Shown piece after piece: positions 9,575 through 19,879 of a stretch of 64,000 nt of DNA. The stretch lies in assembly GCA_963803875.1 (NCBI GenBank), contig CAWDOA010000012.1, positions 85,033-149,032 on the forward strand. Direction: 5' to 3'. This DNA is from an uncultured Acidimicrobiales bacterium (GTDB taxonomy: Bacteria > Actinomycetota > Acidimicrobiia > Acidimicrobiales > SZUA-35). Within the stretch, counting starts at the first letter, position 1. Every line of letters begins with the position of its first letter. Position numbers and translations under genes: made by a program. Under the pieces are notes generated by a model. That model did no database searches. It saw only the letters and a program-made list of their open reading frames with translations, and was not told the DNA's origin.

Positions 9575-11570
9575 CGGGCATGCGGCTCGGCATCGTCAAA
9601 CCAGACCACGGCTACATCGGCGGCTTCGAACTCCACATCACCGCGCTCTGCGGAACAGATGCGGACGCGTGGCCACGACGTCACGATCGTGCCTGTCTCG
9701 GCCCGCACCCGGTCGCCCAAGATCTTCAACTACCCGATCGCCCCGGTCTTTCGAGAATGGCACGATGAGTACTTCCGACATCTCGAGTTGCTCGAGGCCA
9801 CGCGACAACTGGAGCTGTCCAGATTTGACGTTGTATGTGCAACGCAACCACCGACGTATGCGGCACCCCATTCGCGCGTTTTTTCGCTGATCTACCACCA
9901 GAACCGCGTCTTCTATGATCTGTCCGACGAGTTCGTAGCCGCAGGCTTCGTCGACGCGGAAGCCCACAAGTCCGCGACCGAGGCGATTCGGTCACTCGAC
10001 GCTTCAGCCGTCGTGGGAAATCGAGGTTTTCCTGTCCGGCTCGCAGACGGTGGCCAACCGGCTCACCGAGTTCTGGAACATATCCTCCCTGCCCTATCGC
10101 CATCCCAATGTCACCGATCTACCAGCTCCAAGACCACGTGCCAGGGCAGGATCGGACATCCTCTGTGTCAGCCGGCAGGAGTGGCCAAAACGAACCGAAC
10201 TCTTCGTGGCCGCTATGCACCTCACCGCTGCTCATCGCAGTGGCGACCGACCCACTGGCCACCTCGTAGGCGACGGCAGCCGGTCCGAATTCGTCAAGAG
10301 TCTCGACACCGAACTGGCGGAGAACCCGGCTGTCCTCGAGTCGCTGCAGACGGTGGACGACGCCGGAAAACTGTGGCGGAACATGGGTATCTTCACCAGA
10401 GGATGGTCACCGGTGGAAGGTGAAGCCAGTGGGAGAGTTCGGTTCCACGGGCCTGTTTCAGAAGATGATCGCAACCGGCTGTACGGAGAGTCGGTCTGTG
10501 TCGTAGCACCTGCATTCGATGAGGATTACGGACTCACCGTGCTCGAGGCTTGGCAGCAGGAACGCCCGGTGATCGTCTGCTCCGATGGTGGTGGCCTCGC
10601 CGAGCTCGTTTCCCATGAGATCAACGGGCTCGTAGTCGACGCAACACCATTTGCCATCGCCCAGGCGGTAGATCGGCTGTGCAACGATCCGGTGTTGGGC
10701 GACGCGCTCGTTGCCGGAGGCCGTGAATCACTAGGGCGAATCACATGGACCAAAGCTGTCGATGCCTTTGAGCAAATGGCCCTCACCACGGCCGGAGCAC
10801 CCGACCCCACCACCGCTCGACACCCGGGAATGGCAAAGCAGGTCCCGGCTCAACCAGATGAGCTCAACCGCTACGTCGCAGGGGGCTTTGGCGAGGTGTC
10901 GGGGTGGATGGCGCCGGCTCCGGTCGAGACCCTACGAGATCTCGCCGCCGCACAGGACGAGGGCGGCCATGTTGCCGAAATCGGAATTCACCACGGACAG
11001 ACGTTCATTCTCCTCGCTCTGCTCTGTGGCGAGGGCGAACGTGCGGTCGGCTTCGACCTCTTCGAGATGCAGTCGGAGAACGTCGATTCATCCGGTCTCG
11101 GTGATCGAGATCAGCTGGAACACAATCTGCACAGCGCCGGCGTTGCTGACGACCGAGTCCGGGTGGAGACCAAGAACTCACTCCGCCTCCAACCCGGTCA
11201 TATCGTCGATCTGGCCGGGGGCAGGATTCGTCTCTTCAGCGTCGACGGAGGCCACACGGCCGTGACCACAATGAACGATCTGTGGGTCGCCGATCGTTGC
11301 CTGACCCGAGGTGGCATCGTCGTACTCGACGACGCCTTCAGCTCGGTGTGGCCAGCCGTCGGTGAGGGTATGCACAGCTACTTGCGCCACCGATCGTGTC
11401 AGCTCATCCCTTTTGGCGTTGTAGACAACAAGACCTATTTCACGAACACGACCCAAGCTGCTGAGCGCTACCGGACGCTACTGCGCAGACCTCGGGATGG
11501 CTATCAGCTTCGGGAGGACACGCTGTACGGATCACCGATGGTGTGCTCCAAGTACACGCGTATCGTCTGA
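9571..11570 (+). pseudogene. GT4-family glycosyltransferase fused to a C-terminal class I methyltransferase-like (Methyltransf_24/TylF-like) domain; two frameshifts
   Basis: Three ORFs join colinearly. 9571-: MRLGIVKPDHGYIGGFELHITAL. 9659-: AEQMRTRGHDVTIVPV.... 10050-11570: EIEVFLSGSQTVANRL...YGLTVLEAWQQERPVIVCSDGGGLAELVSHEINGLVVD, then GHVAEIGIHHGQTF...FSVDGGHTAVTTMNDLWVADRCLTRGGIVVLDD. Junctions are at about 9647-9650 and 10012-10020. Confidence 0.75.
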
Positions 11571-11630
11571 GCAGCACGACGCCCATGTCGGTAGACGCAC
11601 CAACCCATGGCGGTCCAATAGGGTTGGCCG

Positions 11631-12536
11631 ATGCCCGACGTGAAGGTCGCTGTCTCGATTCCCGCCCTGTTGGGCGAATGCCCCGTATGGGACGAGCGCG
11701 AACAGTGTTTGTACTGGATCGACATCGAAGGACGAAAGATCAGCCGGTTCGACCCGGTTGCCGGAACGAACCAAAGCCTTGAAACAGAGGGACGTCCTGG
11801 CTCGTTTGTTCTGACCAGTGACCCCGGGGTGTTGCTCGTCGCCGTCGAAAACGAGCTGCGATGGCTTCATTGGAAGTCGGGTCAGTCAGAACACTTCGTT
11901 TCGCTCGAACCGGCTGGCAACGGAAATCGGCTCAACGATGGAAAAACCGACCGAGCAGGTCGCTACATCGTGGGATCGATGTATGAGAATCCCAACGACG
12001 GACGGGCAACTGGCACCCTTTACTCGGTCGAGGCTGACGGGAGCTTCTCGGTCAAGCGGGAAGACATAGGAGTCTCCAATGGGCTCGGCTTCGATCCGGT
12101 ACATCGTCGTGCGTATTTCGCCGATACCCACACTCGACGCATCGAACGCTACGACTACAACGAAGAGACGGGCGAGTTTGCCAACCGGAAGCTGTTCTTC
12201 GACTATGGCGACACACCGGGGCTTCCCGACGGTTCGTGCGTCGACTCCGAGGGGTACTACTGGTCGGCATCGGTGTACGGCTGGGCGGTCATTCGCATAG
12301 CGCCTGGTGGCGAGATCGTCGAGCGCATCAGTGTTCCCGTGGAGAAGCCGTCGATGCCGGCGTTGGGCGGGCCGGACTACCGAACGCTCTTCATCACCAC
12401 CATCGGGATGGGTGGGAGTCGACCCTCCGCAGACGGCCTGCACGGCGCAGAGCCGGGGAGCCTGTTCTGTGTCGAGGTCGATGTGCCCGGTCTCCCCGAG
12501 GCCGTTTTCGCCCGAACTCCACCGAAGTTCGACTGA
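11631..12536 (+). CDS. SMP-30/gluconolactonase/LRE family protein
   Basis: 301-aa ORF with GECPVWDEREQCLYWIDIEGRKISRFDP, NDGKTDRAGRYIVGSM, SNGLGFDP, RAYFADTHTRRIERYDY and PDGSCVDSEGYYWSA. This is the typical six-bladed SGL pattern. Confidence 0.85.
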   Translation: MPDVKVAVSIPALLGECPVWDEREQCLYWIDIEGRKISRFDPVAGTNQSLETEGRPGSFVLTSDPGVLLVAVENELRWLHWKSGQSEHFVSLEPAGNGNRLNDGKTDRAGRYIVGSMYENPNDGRATGTLYSVEADGSFSVKREDIGVSNGLGFDPVHRRAYFADTHTRRIERYDYNEETGEFANRKLFFDYGDTPGLPDGSCVDSEGYYWSASVYGWAVIRIAPGGEIVERISVPVEKPSMPALGGPDYRTLFITTIGMGGSRPSADGLHGAEPGSLFCVEVDVPGLPEAVFARTPPKFD

Positions 12537-12540
12537 CGCG

Positions 12541-12569
12541 TTGCAATTTTAACTCCGGTTATTTACGCT
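12541..12569 (+). promoter_or_regulatory. candidate promoter in an AT-rich island (TTGCAA - 17 nt - TACGCT)
   Basis: The only clearly AT-rich stretch in this neighbourhood (ttgcaattttaactccggttatttacgcttatata). It lies about 100 nt upstream of the ATG at 12672, which has a GAGGAG Shine-Dalgarno. This is a pattern match only. Confidence 0.25.
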
Positions 12570-12671
12570 TATATACGTTCTCGGTGTCGGACATACATGG
12601 ACGCCCGTCGGAACCCGCATCCCCCTCCCGCCCGTTCCCGATACTCCACACCTTGCGTTAGAGGAGCCCCG

Positions 12672-13376
12672 ATGACCCACACCCCTGGCGCCAGAACCAG
12701 CTGGCTGATTCCGACAACACCCCCACCAGGTTCGCACCAAAGATCCGACCCGCTGCCTCGGCCGGTATCCCCGATCGAGCCCATCAAGGCTGATCATCGA
12801 ACTCAACGACGCCAGCGTCCCGTTCGGCCCGAAGAACGCCTGCCGACCCCACACCAACTTCAGATCCAGAGGTGGTGCGATCCGATCGTCACCAACACGG
12901 TTCCCGCCAACGGCTTCTACACCGAACGCTACTACGCGCCGATCGTCGGGCCCACGTGTCTGCTCTTGCTCCGTGCTCTCGCCAGTCGACTCGAAACCGA
13001 TCGGGACGGATTCGTCGTCGATACTGCCGAGCTGGCGGCACGGATCGGATGCTCTTCCAAGGCCGGGTCAAACAGTCAATTCTGGAAGGCCCTGCGGAGG
13101 GGCGTCCGATTCGGCCTTCTTCGTCAGGTCGACGAGCGTGTCCTGGTCCGCACCGAGATCAGCCCGCTGACCTCCCGAATGGTGCAACGCCTCCCCCTAA
13201 CACTTCGGCGCGAGCATCGGGTCTGGACACAATCGTCGGGGCCCAGCCCAACACCGTTGAGCGACGCCGCTCCCACCGAACCTGTAGCGGGAATCCAGCT
13301 CTTGCGACTGGCGGCTCGTGGCCTGTGCACTCCCGAGGAGCTACGAACGCTCGATCGAGCTCACAAGCTCAGCTGA
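12672..13376 (+). CDS. hypothetical protein, probable winged-helix DNA-binding fold
   Basis: The ATG at 12672 is preceded by GAGGAG. The Pro/Arg-rich N-terminus is followed by WCDPIVTNTVPANGFYTERYYAPIVGPTCLLLLRALASRL...AELAARIGCSSKAGSNSQFWKALRRGVRFGLLRQ. The ORF track extends it to 12597. Confidence 0.5.
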   Translation: MTHTPGARTSWLIPTTPPPGSHQRSDPLPRPVSPIEPIKADHRTQRRQRPVRPEERLPTPHQLQIQRWCDPIVTNTVPANGFYTERYYAPIVGPTCLLLLRALASRLETDRDGFVVDTAELAARIGCSSKAGSNSQFWKALRRGVRFGLLRQVDERVLVRTEISPLTSRMVQRLPLTLRREHRVWTQSSGPSPTPLSDAAPTEPVAGIQLLRLAARGLCTPEELRTLDRAHKLS

Positions 13377-13494
13377 CATCGTGCCCCAAGAAGGCGCTTG
13401 AACAGGAGTTTCCTCGGTATTTGGGCCGATCGGCCTGCTCGGTCGGGGTTGTTTACTCTTCGGTGCAAACACTGCACTCTGAGACACTTCGGGT

Positions 13495-15159
13495 GTGCAC
13501 GCGATCAAGACTCCTCGCTCTGAGTTGCCACCAATCGTCGACGCACCCACGTTCACTCACACCAAGCTCCTCGTCGTCGCCGCCGACATGATCGTCTGCG
13601 GGCTCGGCGTAGCCGTCGCCCATGCGGTCTCCCCCGGCGGTCAAGATGGAATGATTGCATCGGTCGTGCTGCTCCTCAGTTGGGGCATCTGGCTGAGCCA
13701 CGCTCGCCTCTACTCGATCCGATTCTTCACCCGTCGGTCCGAGGAAATCGGACGACTCATCGACGGAGGCCTGAGGGCGCTGGGGTCGACTGCGCTACTC
13801 GGATTCTTGTTCCGCTGGGACATCAGTCGCCCATGGCTGATCCTTGCTGCTCTGTTGGGAACCGGGCTGCTGCTCGTTGAGCGGGAGGTTCTGCGTCGAC
13901 GCTTCAACCAATCGCGCCGCACAGGATCGATGCGTCGGTCGATCATGATCATCGGAGACAACGACGAAGCCGGCGACTTGAAAGCCATGTTCGCTGAAGA
14001 CACAAACCTCGGCTACGAGGTGGAAGCGGTCGTAGCTACCAGCCACCGACCCGACCTCGCCTCGCTGATCGCCGACGTGTTCACCTGCCTGGATCAGACC
14101 GGTGCAATGGGCGTCGTAGTCGCCGCTACGGCGTTGCCACCGAACCACATGAACCGGCTCGTTCGAGACCTTCTCGATGCAGGGGTGCATGTGGAACTCA
14201 GTTCAACCCTGGCCGACATCGAACCACAGCGCCTGACCGTTCGACCAATAGGTCGATACCCGGTGGTCTATGTCGCACCGGTGGCCCGTCACGGCTGGAG
14301 GGCCGCTGCCAAGCGCACCTTCGACGTCGCTGTGTCGGCAACAGCTCTCCTGATCCTGTCACCGATCCTCGTCGTCTTCGCAGTGCTCATAAAACTCGAC
14401 TCCCCCGGTCCTGTGCTCTTCAACCAACAACGGGTGGGACGGGACGGAGTTCTGTTCGGCGTTCTGAAATACCGAACGATGGTTGAGAATGCCGAAGAAC
14501 TGAAAGCGTCACTGGCACACTCCAACCAAGGCGCAGGTCCCCTGTTCAAGATGAAGGTGGACCCACGGGTCACACGGGTCGGCAGGTTCCTGCGCAGTAC
14601 CTCGATGGATGAGGTCCCCCAGCTGTGGAACGTTATCCGGGGACAAATGAGCCTGGTCGGTCCCCGACCCGCGCTGGCCGAGGAAACCTCAGCTTGGGCG
14701 GACGACCTGTACGGCCGGCTGCGGGTTCGCCCGGGCATAACCGGCATGTGGCAAGTCTCGGGACGAAGTGGAACCACCTTCGAGGAGTACACCCGTCTGG
14801 ATCTTTTCTATGTCGACAACTGGTCTCTGGTCGTTGACCTGACCATCTTGCTACGTACCGTCCCTGCCATCCTCAAGTCCGACGGCGCGTATCAGTTGAT
14901 TCCGCTCGCATCAGAACGCGGTTGCGAAGCGAGCGAGGGTCCGTGCCCCCGCACCGGTAGCTCCCTTGACGAACACGCCATCATCACTGTCTGTCAACGC
15001 GGCGAGACCCAGATCGAGATGGGCCCAGGGAACATCGTTCACGAACTCCTGGAGGAACAGCCCAGCAGTGAGCGCACCGCCGTATGGGGTCTTACCGATA
15101 TTTCGAAGATCGGCCACGTCGCTGTCGAGATCCTTGCGATACTCAGCCGGCAACGGTAG
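13495..15159 (+). CDS. polyprenyl glycosylphosphotransferase (WbaP/exopolysaccharide sugar transferase)
   Basis: 554-aa ORF with N-terminal TM segments. The bacterial sugar transferase core is KRTFDVAVSATALLILSPILVVFAVLIKLDSPGPVLF...PLFKMKVDPRVTRVGRFLRSTSMDEVPQLWNVIRGQMSLVGPRP...PGITGMWQVSGRS. Homology-like sequence ends at ...LKSDGAY (about 14892). The last ~260 nt are a read-through running antisense to pepA. Confidence 0.85.
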   Translation: MHAIKTPRSELPPIVDAPTFTHTKLLVVAADMIVCGLGVAVAHAVSPGGQDGMIASVVLLLSWGIWLSHARLYSIRFFTRRSEEIGRLIDGGLRALGSTALLGFLFRWDISRPWLILAALLGTGLLLVEREVLRRRFNQSRRTGSMRRSIMIIGDNDEAGDLKAMFAEDTNLGYEVEAVVATSHRPDLASLIADVFTCLDQTGAMGVVVAATALPPNHMNRLVRDLLDAGVHVELSSTLADIEPQRLTVRPIGRYPVVYVAPVARHGWRAAAKRTFDVAVSATALLILSPILVVFAVLIKLDSPGPVLFNQQRVGRDGVLFGVLKYRTMVENAEELKASLAHSNQGAGPLFKMKVDPRVTRVGRFLRSTSMDEVPQLWNVIRGQMSLVGPRPALAEETSAWADDLYGRLRVRPGITGMWQVSGRSGTTFEEYTRLDLFYVDNWSLVVDLTILLRTVPAILKSDGAYQLIPLASERGCEASEGPCPRTGSSLDEHAIITVCQRGETQIEMGPGNIVHELLEEQPSSERTAVWGLTDISKIGHVAVEILAILSRQR

Positions 15160-16432
15160 GTGCCAAAGATTCTCGCCGCTTGCTTCGCGCGGCATCTTGC
15201 ACCGCTGCAACCAGGTTGTCGTCGTTACCCATGAGGCCGGTGTACTTCACACCGAGAGCGCCGGTAACCGAACCGGTCAGTGTTGCAATGTCCACAATGG
15301 CGTCGGGCTTCTTCTCTGCCGCAAGCGACAGGGCATCGGCAAGAACAAGGCGGCCCTCCGCGTCGGTATTCAGCACCTCCACGGTCTTTCCGTTGCGGGC
15401 GGTGAAGACGTCACCGGGCCGCCCGGCGTCACCAGAGGGCATGTTGTCGGTCAGCGGTACATAAGCGGTCACACGATTGGTGCATCCCATGGATTCCAAC
15501 ATCGTCATGGCCCCGAGCACCGCGGCCCCGCCAGCCATGTCGACCTTCATGGTCATCATGCCGGTTCCGGTCTTGAGCGACAGTCCACCGGAGTCGAATG
15601 TGATGCCCTTGCCCACCAGGGCGACATCCTTGGCACCACGGGCCTGCTTCACTGGCGTGTAGCTCACCATAAGGAAGCGGGGAGGATGCGTAGAGCCCTT
15701 GTTGACGAACCGAATCCCGCCAAGCTTCTCCTTGGCGATCCGGTTCTCATCCCACACGGTCGCCTTCAACTGAGCTGAACCACGAACCGCCGCCCGAGCC
15801 GCCTTCACAAACGCAGCCGGAAGAAGCGACCCACCGGGCTCGTTGACCAGATCTCGTGTCAATGCAACCGAGGCAACTATCTGCTGCGCCGTTGCGAAGG
15901 CAGCAGCTACCCCCTTGCCTTTGGCAACGATGGTGATCCGCGACGTGCCGGTTTGAGGCGACGTTCCCTTTCCCTTCTGAGCGGTGTATCGATATGACGC
16001 CAGTCCTGCGCCTTCGGCCACAGCCCCCACATGGGTGGGATTGGCAGCATCCCCGATCACCAGAGCGACATTGGACTGGCGAGCCACGGCGCGAGCAAAC
16101 CCGGCCGCCGCATTCCGGAGGTCGTCAACCGTGAGCTCATCACCTTCGGGAGCGAGTCCAACGAGCACCTCCAGTGGACCGTCCTCGCTAGGAACGGTGA
16201 GGGCCTGGCCCACCTTGCCTTCGAAACCTGATGCGTCGGCATAACGTCTCCGATCAGGCGACAGGTCATCGACCCCATCGACCATGACTCCCACAGCAGT
16301 TGCGCCCCGCGGTGTAGTTCCAGCAAGTTTCAGATCGGGTCCATGCGAGGCCATCCGCTGATCGTACTGCCTGTGCCGGCTCGCATAAGAACCTGAAACG
16401 GCCGGCAACATGGTCTGTCTGAACCAACCCAT
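14911..16432 (-). pseudogene. pepA: leucyl aminopeptidase (M17); frameshifted near the C-terminus
   Basis: ORF 15143-16432 has VGKGITFDSGGLSLK, MKVDMAGGAAVLG and NTDAEGRLVLADAL. The C-terminal part is in ORF 14911-15210 (ASGENLWHLPLPAEYRKDLDSDVADLRNIG...WAHLDL...KGATGAGARTLARF). The junction is at about 15185-15195. Confidence 0.85.
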
Positions 16433-16474
16433 CCGGATGGATTGCTCTGATGGTGGAAGCCATCAATTTGTACT

Positions 16475-18943
16475 TTGAGGCGTATGCGTACGCACCATCG
16501 AATCATTTTGTTCGTCGGTTTCCTGGGAGCAGCACTCGCTGCGGCTGTACCGGCATTGGCCGAGTTCAGCAGCGACCGTCAGACAGATTGGGGCGTGCAG
16601 ACCAAGGGCAACTCCGACACGATCGGCGAATGGGCTGCGCTGGCGTGGGAAGTCGATCAAGTCGACGGAACCATCTTCATCGGAGGGAACTACCTGGAGG
16701 TGACCAACGGCAGTCAAGTGCACAGCCAGCCCTACCTGTCGGCCTATGACGCCGAGACTGGCGCATGGCAGTCATGGTTCCGCCCTTCGGTTGGATCAGC
16801 TGTGTTTGCGCTTCAACCGACTCCCGATGGTGGCCTTCTGGTCGGCGGAGAAATCGGAACCTGGAACGGTGACCTCATTGGCTCACTCGTGAAGATCGAT
16901 CCTGCGACAGGAGAGCGATGGCCCGGCTTCCCGACCCGGATCTTCGGTGGAAACACGGTGATCCGGGACCTGAAGCTCGAGTCCGATGGCTACGTCTATG
17001 CAGTCGGATCGTTCTCCCAGGCCAACGAAGGAGACGGCCCGTTTGCTGTCGGTGGAGCCGTACGCTTCGACCCGATCACAGGCGACATCGACGAGGCGTG
17101 GACTCCCATCATCAGCGACGGTGCCGCGTGGGGAGTAGCACGCTCCAAGACCCAAGATGTCACCTTCATCGCTGGCTTCTTCCAGTCAGTGAACGGCGAC
17201 ACCGGTGGGCGAGGTTTCGTGGGAGTTGACGACACCGGAACCATCGTCACCGATCGCGCAGACGTTCCCTTCAACGGGTGCACCACGTGGGACTACTGCT
17301 CTCAGCTGTATGACGTGGAGACAACCGAGGCGGGACACCTGTGGGTGGTGGGAGTCGAGCACGCGCTGTACGTCATCGATGAAGACGATGGCTCCCTGAT
17401 TCAGCATCACTACACAGCGTGCGATCCAACCCTGAACGACTGCATGGGCCGCAACTGGTTTGGTGGCGAGTTCCAAGAGATCGAACGAGTCGGCGACCGG
17501 ATCTATGCGGCGTGTCACTGCTGGCACGACATCTACAGCGATGACAAGGTCATTGTTCATCGCCAACCTACCGGCGATCACGAAACGATCAAGGCGGTCG
17601 GAGCCTTCGACGCCCTCACCGGTGACGTCATCCCAGAGTTCCAACCAGAACTCCGAGGAGACAGCGGCGGCTTCGGTATCCACCAGAATCCCTCTGACGG
17701 ATGCCTCTGGGTTGTCGGCGGTTTCAGCAGTTATGGGGCAGCGGGCGGTCCGCAGCCCCCCTCCTATGACGTCGTCCGAATCTGCGATGAGCTTGGACCC
17801 GGCCCTGCTGCTGGGCCCGCCGCTTTGCCTCCCACCCCCGGATCGTGCGCTGTTTCCCACGAGGATGGGCAGGAGGATGCAACCCTCTACTGGACCGAGC
17901 AGTCCTCAGCGACTGGAACAATTCTGTACCGACGGGTCAACGAAGGGTCTACATTCTGGCTCGGTCGTGTGAACCCACCAGCGTCACCGACCCTGGCGAC
18001 AACGCCGGTGCCCTCGAGTCTGACCGAGTACTTCGTTCGACACGCCTATCCGGCCGGTCAGCGTTCGGACCTTCTCCCCTGCGGAAGCGTTGACCTTCGT
18101 CCCAGCCTGACGCCGGCAACCGCATGCTCGGTGACCGTGGGCGCCAGCAACGAGGCCATCCTGGCCTGGCAATCCGGAAACGACAATGCCGACTTCATCG
18201 TGCGACGGTCAGTCGACGGTAGCCCCAATTATTGGAGAGCACGGGTGACTGAACCCGGCTACACCGACCTTCTGATCCAGCCCGGCAAGACCTACACCTT
18301 CACCGTCGAAGCGCGCGACGTCGCCGGCGAAGTCGCTACGCCGACCCCATGCAGCCCCTCGGTCCTGATCGAGCAACCCTCCCCCGATGTCGTCGCCTCG
18401 TGCACCGCAACAGTGCTGCCTGACGACACTATTCGACTCGAATGGCCAGACGGCTCAGCTACCGATCGCTACATCGTCCGTCGCTCGGTCAACGGCGGTA
18501 CGAACTACTGGCGAGCACGGGTGAACAGCTCGGGTGGAGGTGGAACCGCAGACTACGTGGACTCGCTGATCAAGGTCGGATCCTCGTACAGCTTCACCGT
18601 CGAAGCGATCGGCACCGATGGTTCCAATACACCTGCGGCTGCATGCACCCCGTCACCGATCGCTGTGGAAGCTCCACCGGTGATCCCTGCGTCCGCTTGC
18701 ACCGTGACCGACAACGGTGGTTCGTACAGTCTTGTCTGGACCTTCGGCGACGGTGCACAGCCGAGCGAAGCGATCGTCGAGCGAGCTCGAGACGACGTCG
18801 GAACCTTCGGATGGAGAGCCCGCACGAGTGCTTCCGCCTTCGTCGACTCCCGAATTCAGGCCAATGTCGACTACAGCTACCGCGTACGTATGATCGCCGA
18901 GGACGAACGCCGTAGTGACCCAACCATCTGCAGCCTGGGCTAA
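16475..18943 (+). CDS. secreted protein: beta-propeller-like N-domain plus four Cys-bracketed Fn3-like repeats
   Basis: 822-aa ORF with a signal peptide (ILFVGFLGAALAAAVPALAEF). The N-terminal part has repeated GG.F..vNG/delta-60-like strands. Four ~80-aa repeats share the pattern C..T....a.L.W......IVRRSV.G..NYWRARV......D..I..G..Y.F.VEA......C. Confidence 0.7.
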   Translation: MRRMRTHHRIILFVGFLGAALAAAVPALAEFSSDRQTDWGVQTKGNSDTIGEWAALAWEVDQVDGTIFIGGNYLEVTNGSQVHSQPYLSAYDAETGAWQSWFRPSVGSAVFALQPTPDGGLLVGGEIGTWNGDLIGSLVKIDPATGERWPGFPTRIFGGNTVIRDLKLESDGYVYAVGSFSQANEGDGPFAVGGAVRFDPITGDIDEAWTPIISDGAAWGVARSKTQDVTFIAGFFQSVNGDTGGRGFVGVDDTGTIVTDRADVPFNGCTTWDYCSQLYDVETTEAGHLWVVGVEHALYVIDEDDGSLIQHHYTACDPTLNDCMGRNWFGGEFQEIERVGDRIYAACHCWHDIYSDDKVIVHRQPTGDHETIKAVGAFDALTGDVIPEFQPELRGDSGGFGIHQNPSDGCLWVVGGFSSYGAAGGPQPPSYDVVRICDELGPGPAAGPAALPPTPGSCAVSHEDGQEDATLYWTEQSSATGTILYRRVNEGSTFWLGRVNPPASPTLATTPVPSSLTEYFVRHAYPAGQRSDLLPCGSVDLRPSLTPATACSVTVGASNEAILAWQSGNDNADFIVRRSVDGSPNYWRARVTEPGYTDLLIQPGKTYTFTVEARDVAGEVATPTPCSPSVLIEQPSPDVVASCTATVLPDDTIRLEWPDGSATDRYIVRRSVNGGTNYWRARVNSSGGGGTADYVDSLIKVGSSYSFTVEAIGTDGSNTPAAACTPSPIAVEAPPVIPASACTVTDNGGSYSLVWTFGDGAQPSEAIVERARDDVGTFGWRARTSASAFVDSRIQANVDYSYRVRMIAEDERRSDPTICSLG

Positions 18944-18952
18944 CCTCGCGTC

Positions 18953-19867
18953 ATGCCACGCGCTATCTGGAGTGGAGCGATCAGCTTTGGGCTCGTCTCG
19001 ATCCCGGTGAAGCTGTACACCGCGAAAAGCCCGAAATCGGTCCGTTTCAACCAGTTGGACGGGCGGGACAATCGGCGGATCAAACAAAAACGAGTGAACG
19101 CCCAAACCGGTGAGGAAGTGCCCTACGAAGACATCGTGAAAGGGTACGAGATCATGAAGGACACCTACGTTGTCATCACCGACGAAGAGCTGGACTCGCT
19201 GTCACCCAAGGCGTCACGATCGATCGACATCGTCGAATTCGTTGAAGAAGACGAGATCGATCCCGTCTTCTACCAGTCGTCGTATTACCTGGTTCCAGAC
19301 GAACTTGCCCTGAAGAGTTATGCGTTGCTGACCGAGGCTATGGCCAACGACGGCCGTGTGGCACTGGCTCGTCTCGTGATGCGTACGAAGGAGTATCTAG
19401 CTGCCATCCGGCCCAGCAACGGCCGATTGATGCTCAACACGATGATGTACAGCGACGAAGTCGTCGAGCCCTCGGAGATCCCCGGACTGGAAGGCCTCGA
19501 CGACGTGGTCGTCAGCGATGCGGAGAGGGCGATGGCCAACACACTGATCGAATCGCTTGCCGGGGGCTTCAATCCCGAGAAGTACGAGGACAGTTTTCGC
19601 AACGAGGTCCTGGATCTCATTGAGCGCAAGTCCAAGGGCGAACTGACCACTGTGTCCGAGGCTGCCCCTGCCGCATCAGACACAGTAATCGACCTCATGG
19701 CTGCCCTGGAAGCTAGTGTTGCCGCGGCCAAGAAGGCCAGGGCCGGTCACCCAACCGGGGACGCGTCCGAGAAGGCGGCCAAGAAGAAGCCCGCCAAGAA
19801 GGCTCCCGGCAAGAAGGCAGCAGCCAAGAAGAAATCACCTGCCAAGAAGACGGCCAAAACGGCCTGA
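18953..19867 (+). CDS. ku: Ku protein (non-homologous end joining) with Lys/Ala-rich C-terminal tail
   Basis: 304-aa ORF that starts MPRAIWSGAISFGLVSIPVKLYTAKSPKSVRFNQL, the canonical bacterial Ku N-terminus. The tail is KKKPAKKAPGKKAAAKKKSPAKKTAKTA. Confidence 0.95.
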   Translation: MPRAIWSGAISFGLVSIPVKLYTAKSPKSVRFNQLDGRDNRRIKQKRVNAQTGEEVPYEDIVKGYEIMKDTYVVITDEELDSLSPKASRSIDIVEFVEEDEIDPVFYQSSYYLVPDELALKSYALLTEAMANDGRVALARLVMRTKEYLAAIRPSNGRLMLNTMMYSDEVVEPSEIPGLEGLDDVVVSDAERAMANTLIESLAGGFNPEKYEDSFRNEVLDLIERKSKGELTTVSEAAPAASDTVIDLMAALEASVAAAKKARAGHPTGDASEKAAKKKPAKKAPGKKAAAKKKSPAKKTAKTA

Positions 19868-19879
19868 TCCGATTCTTCG

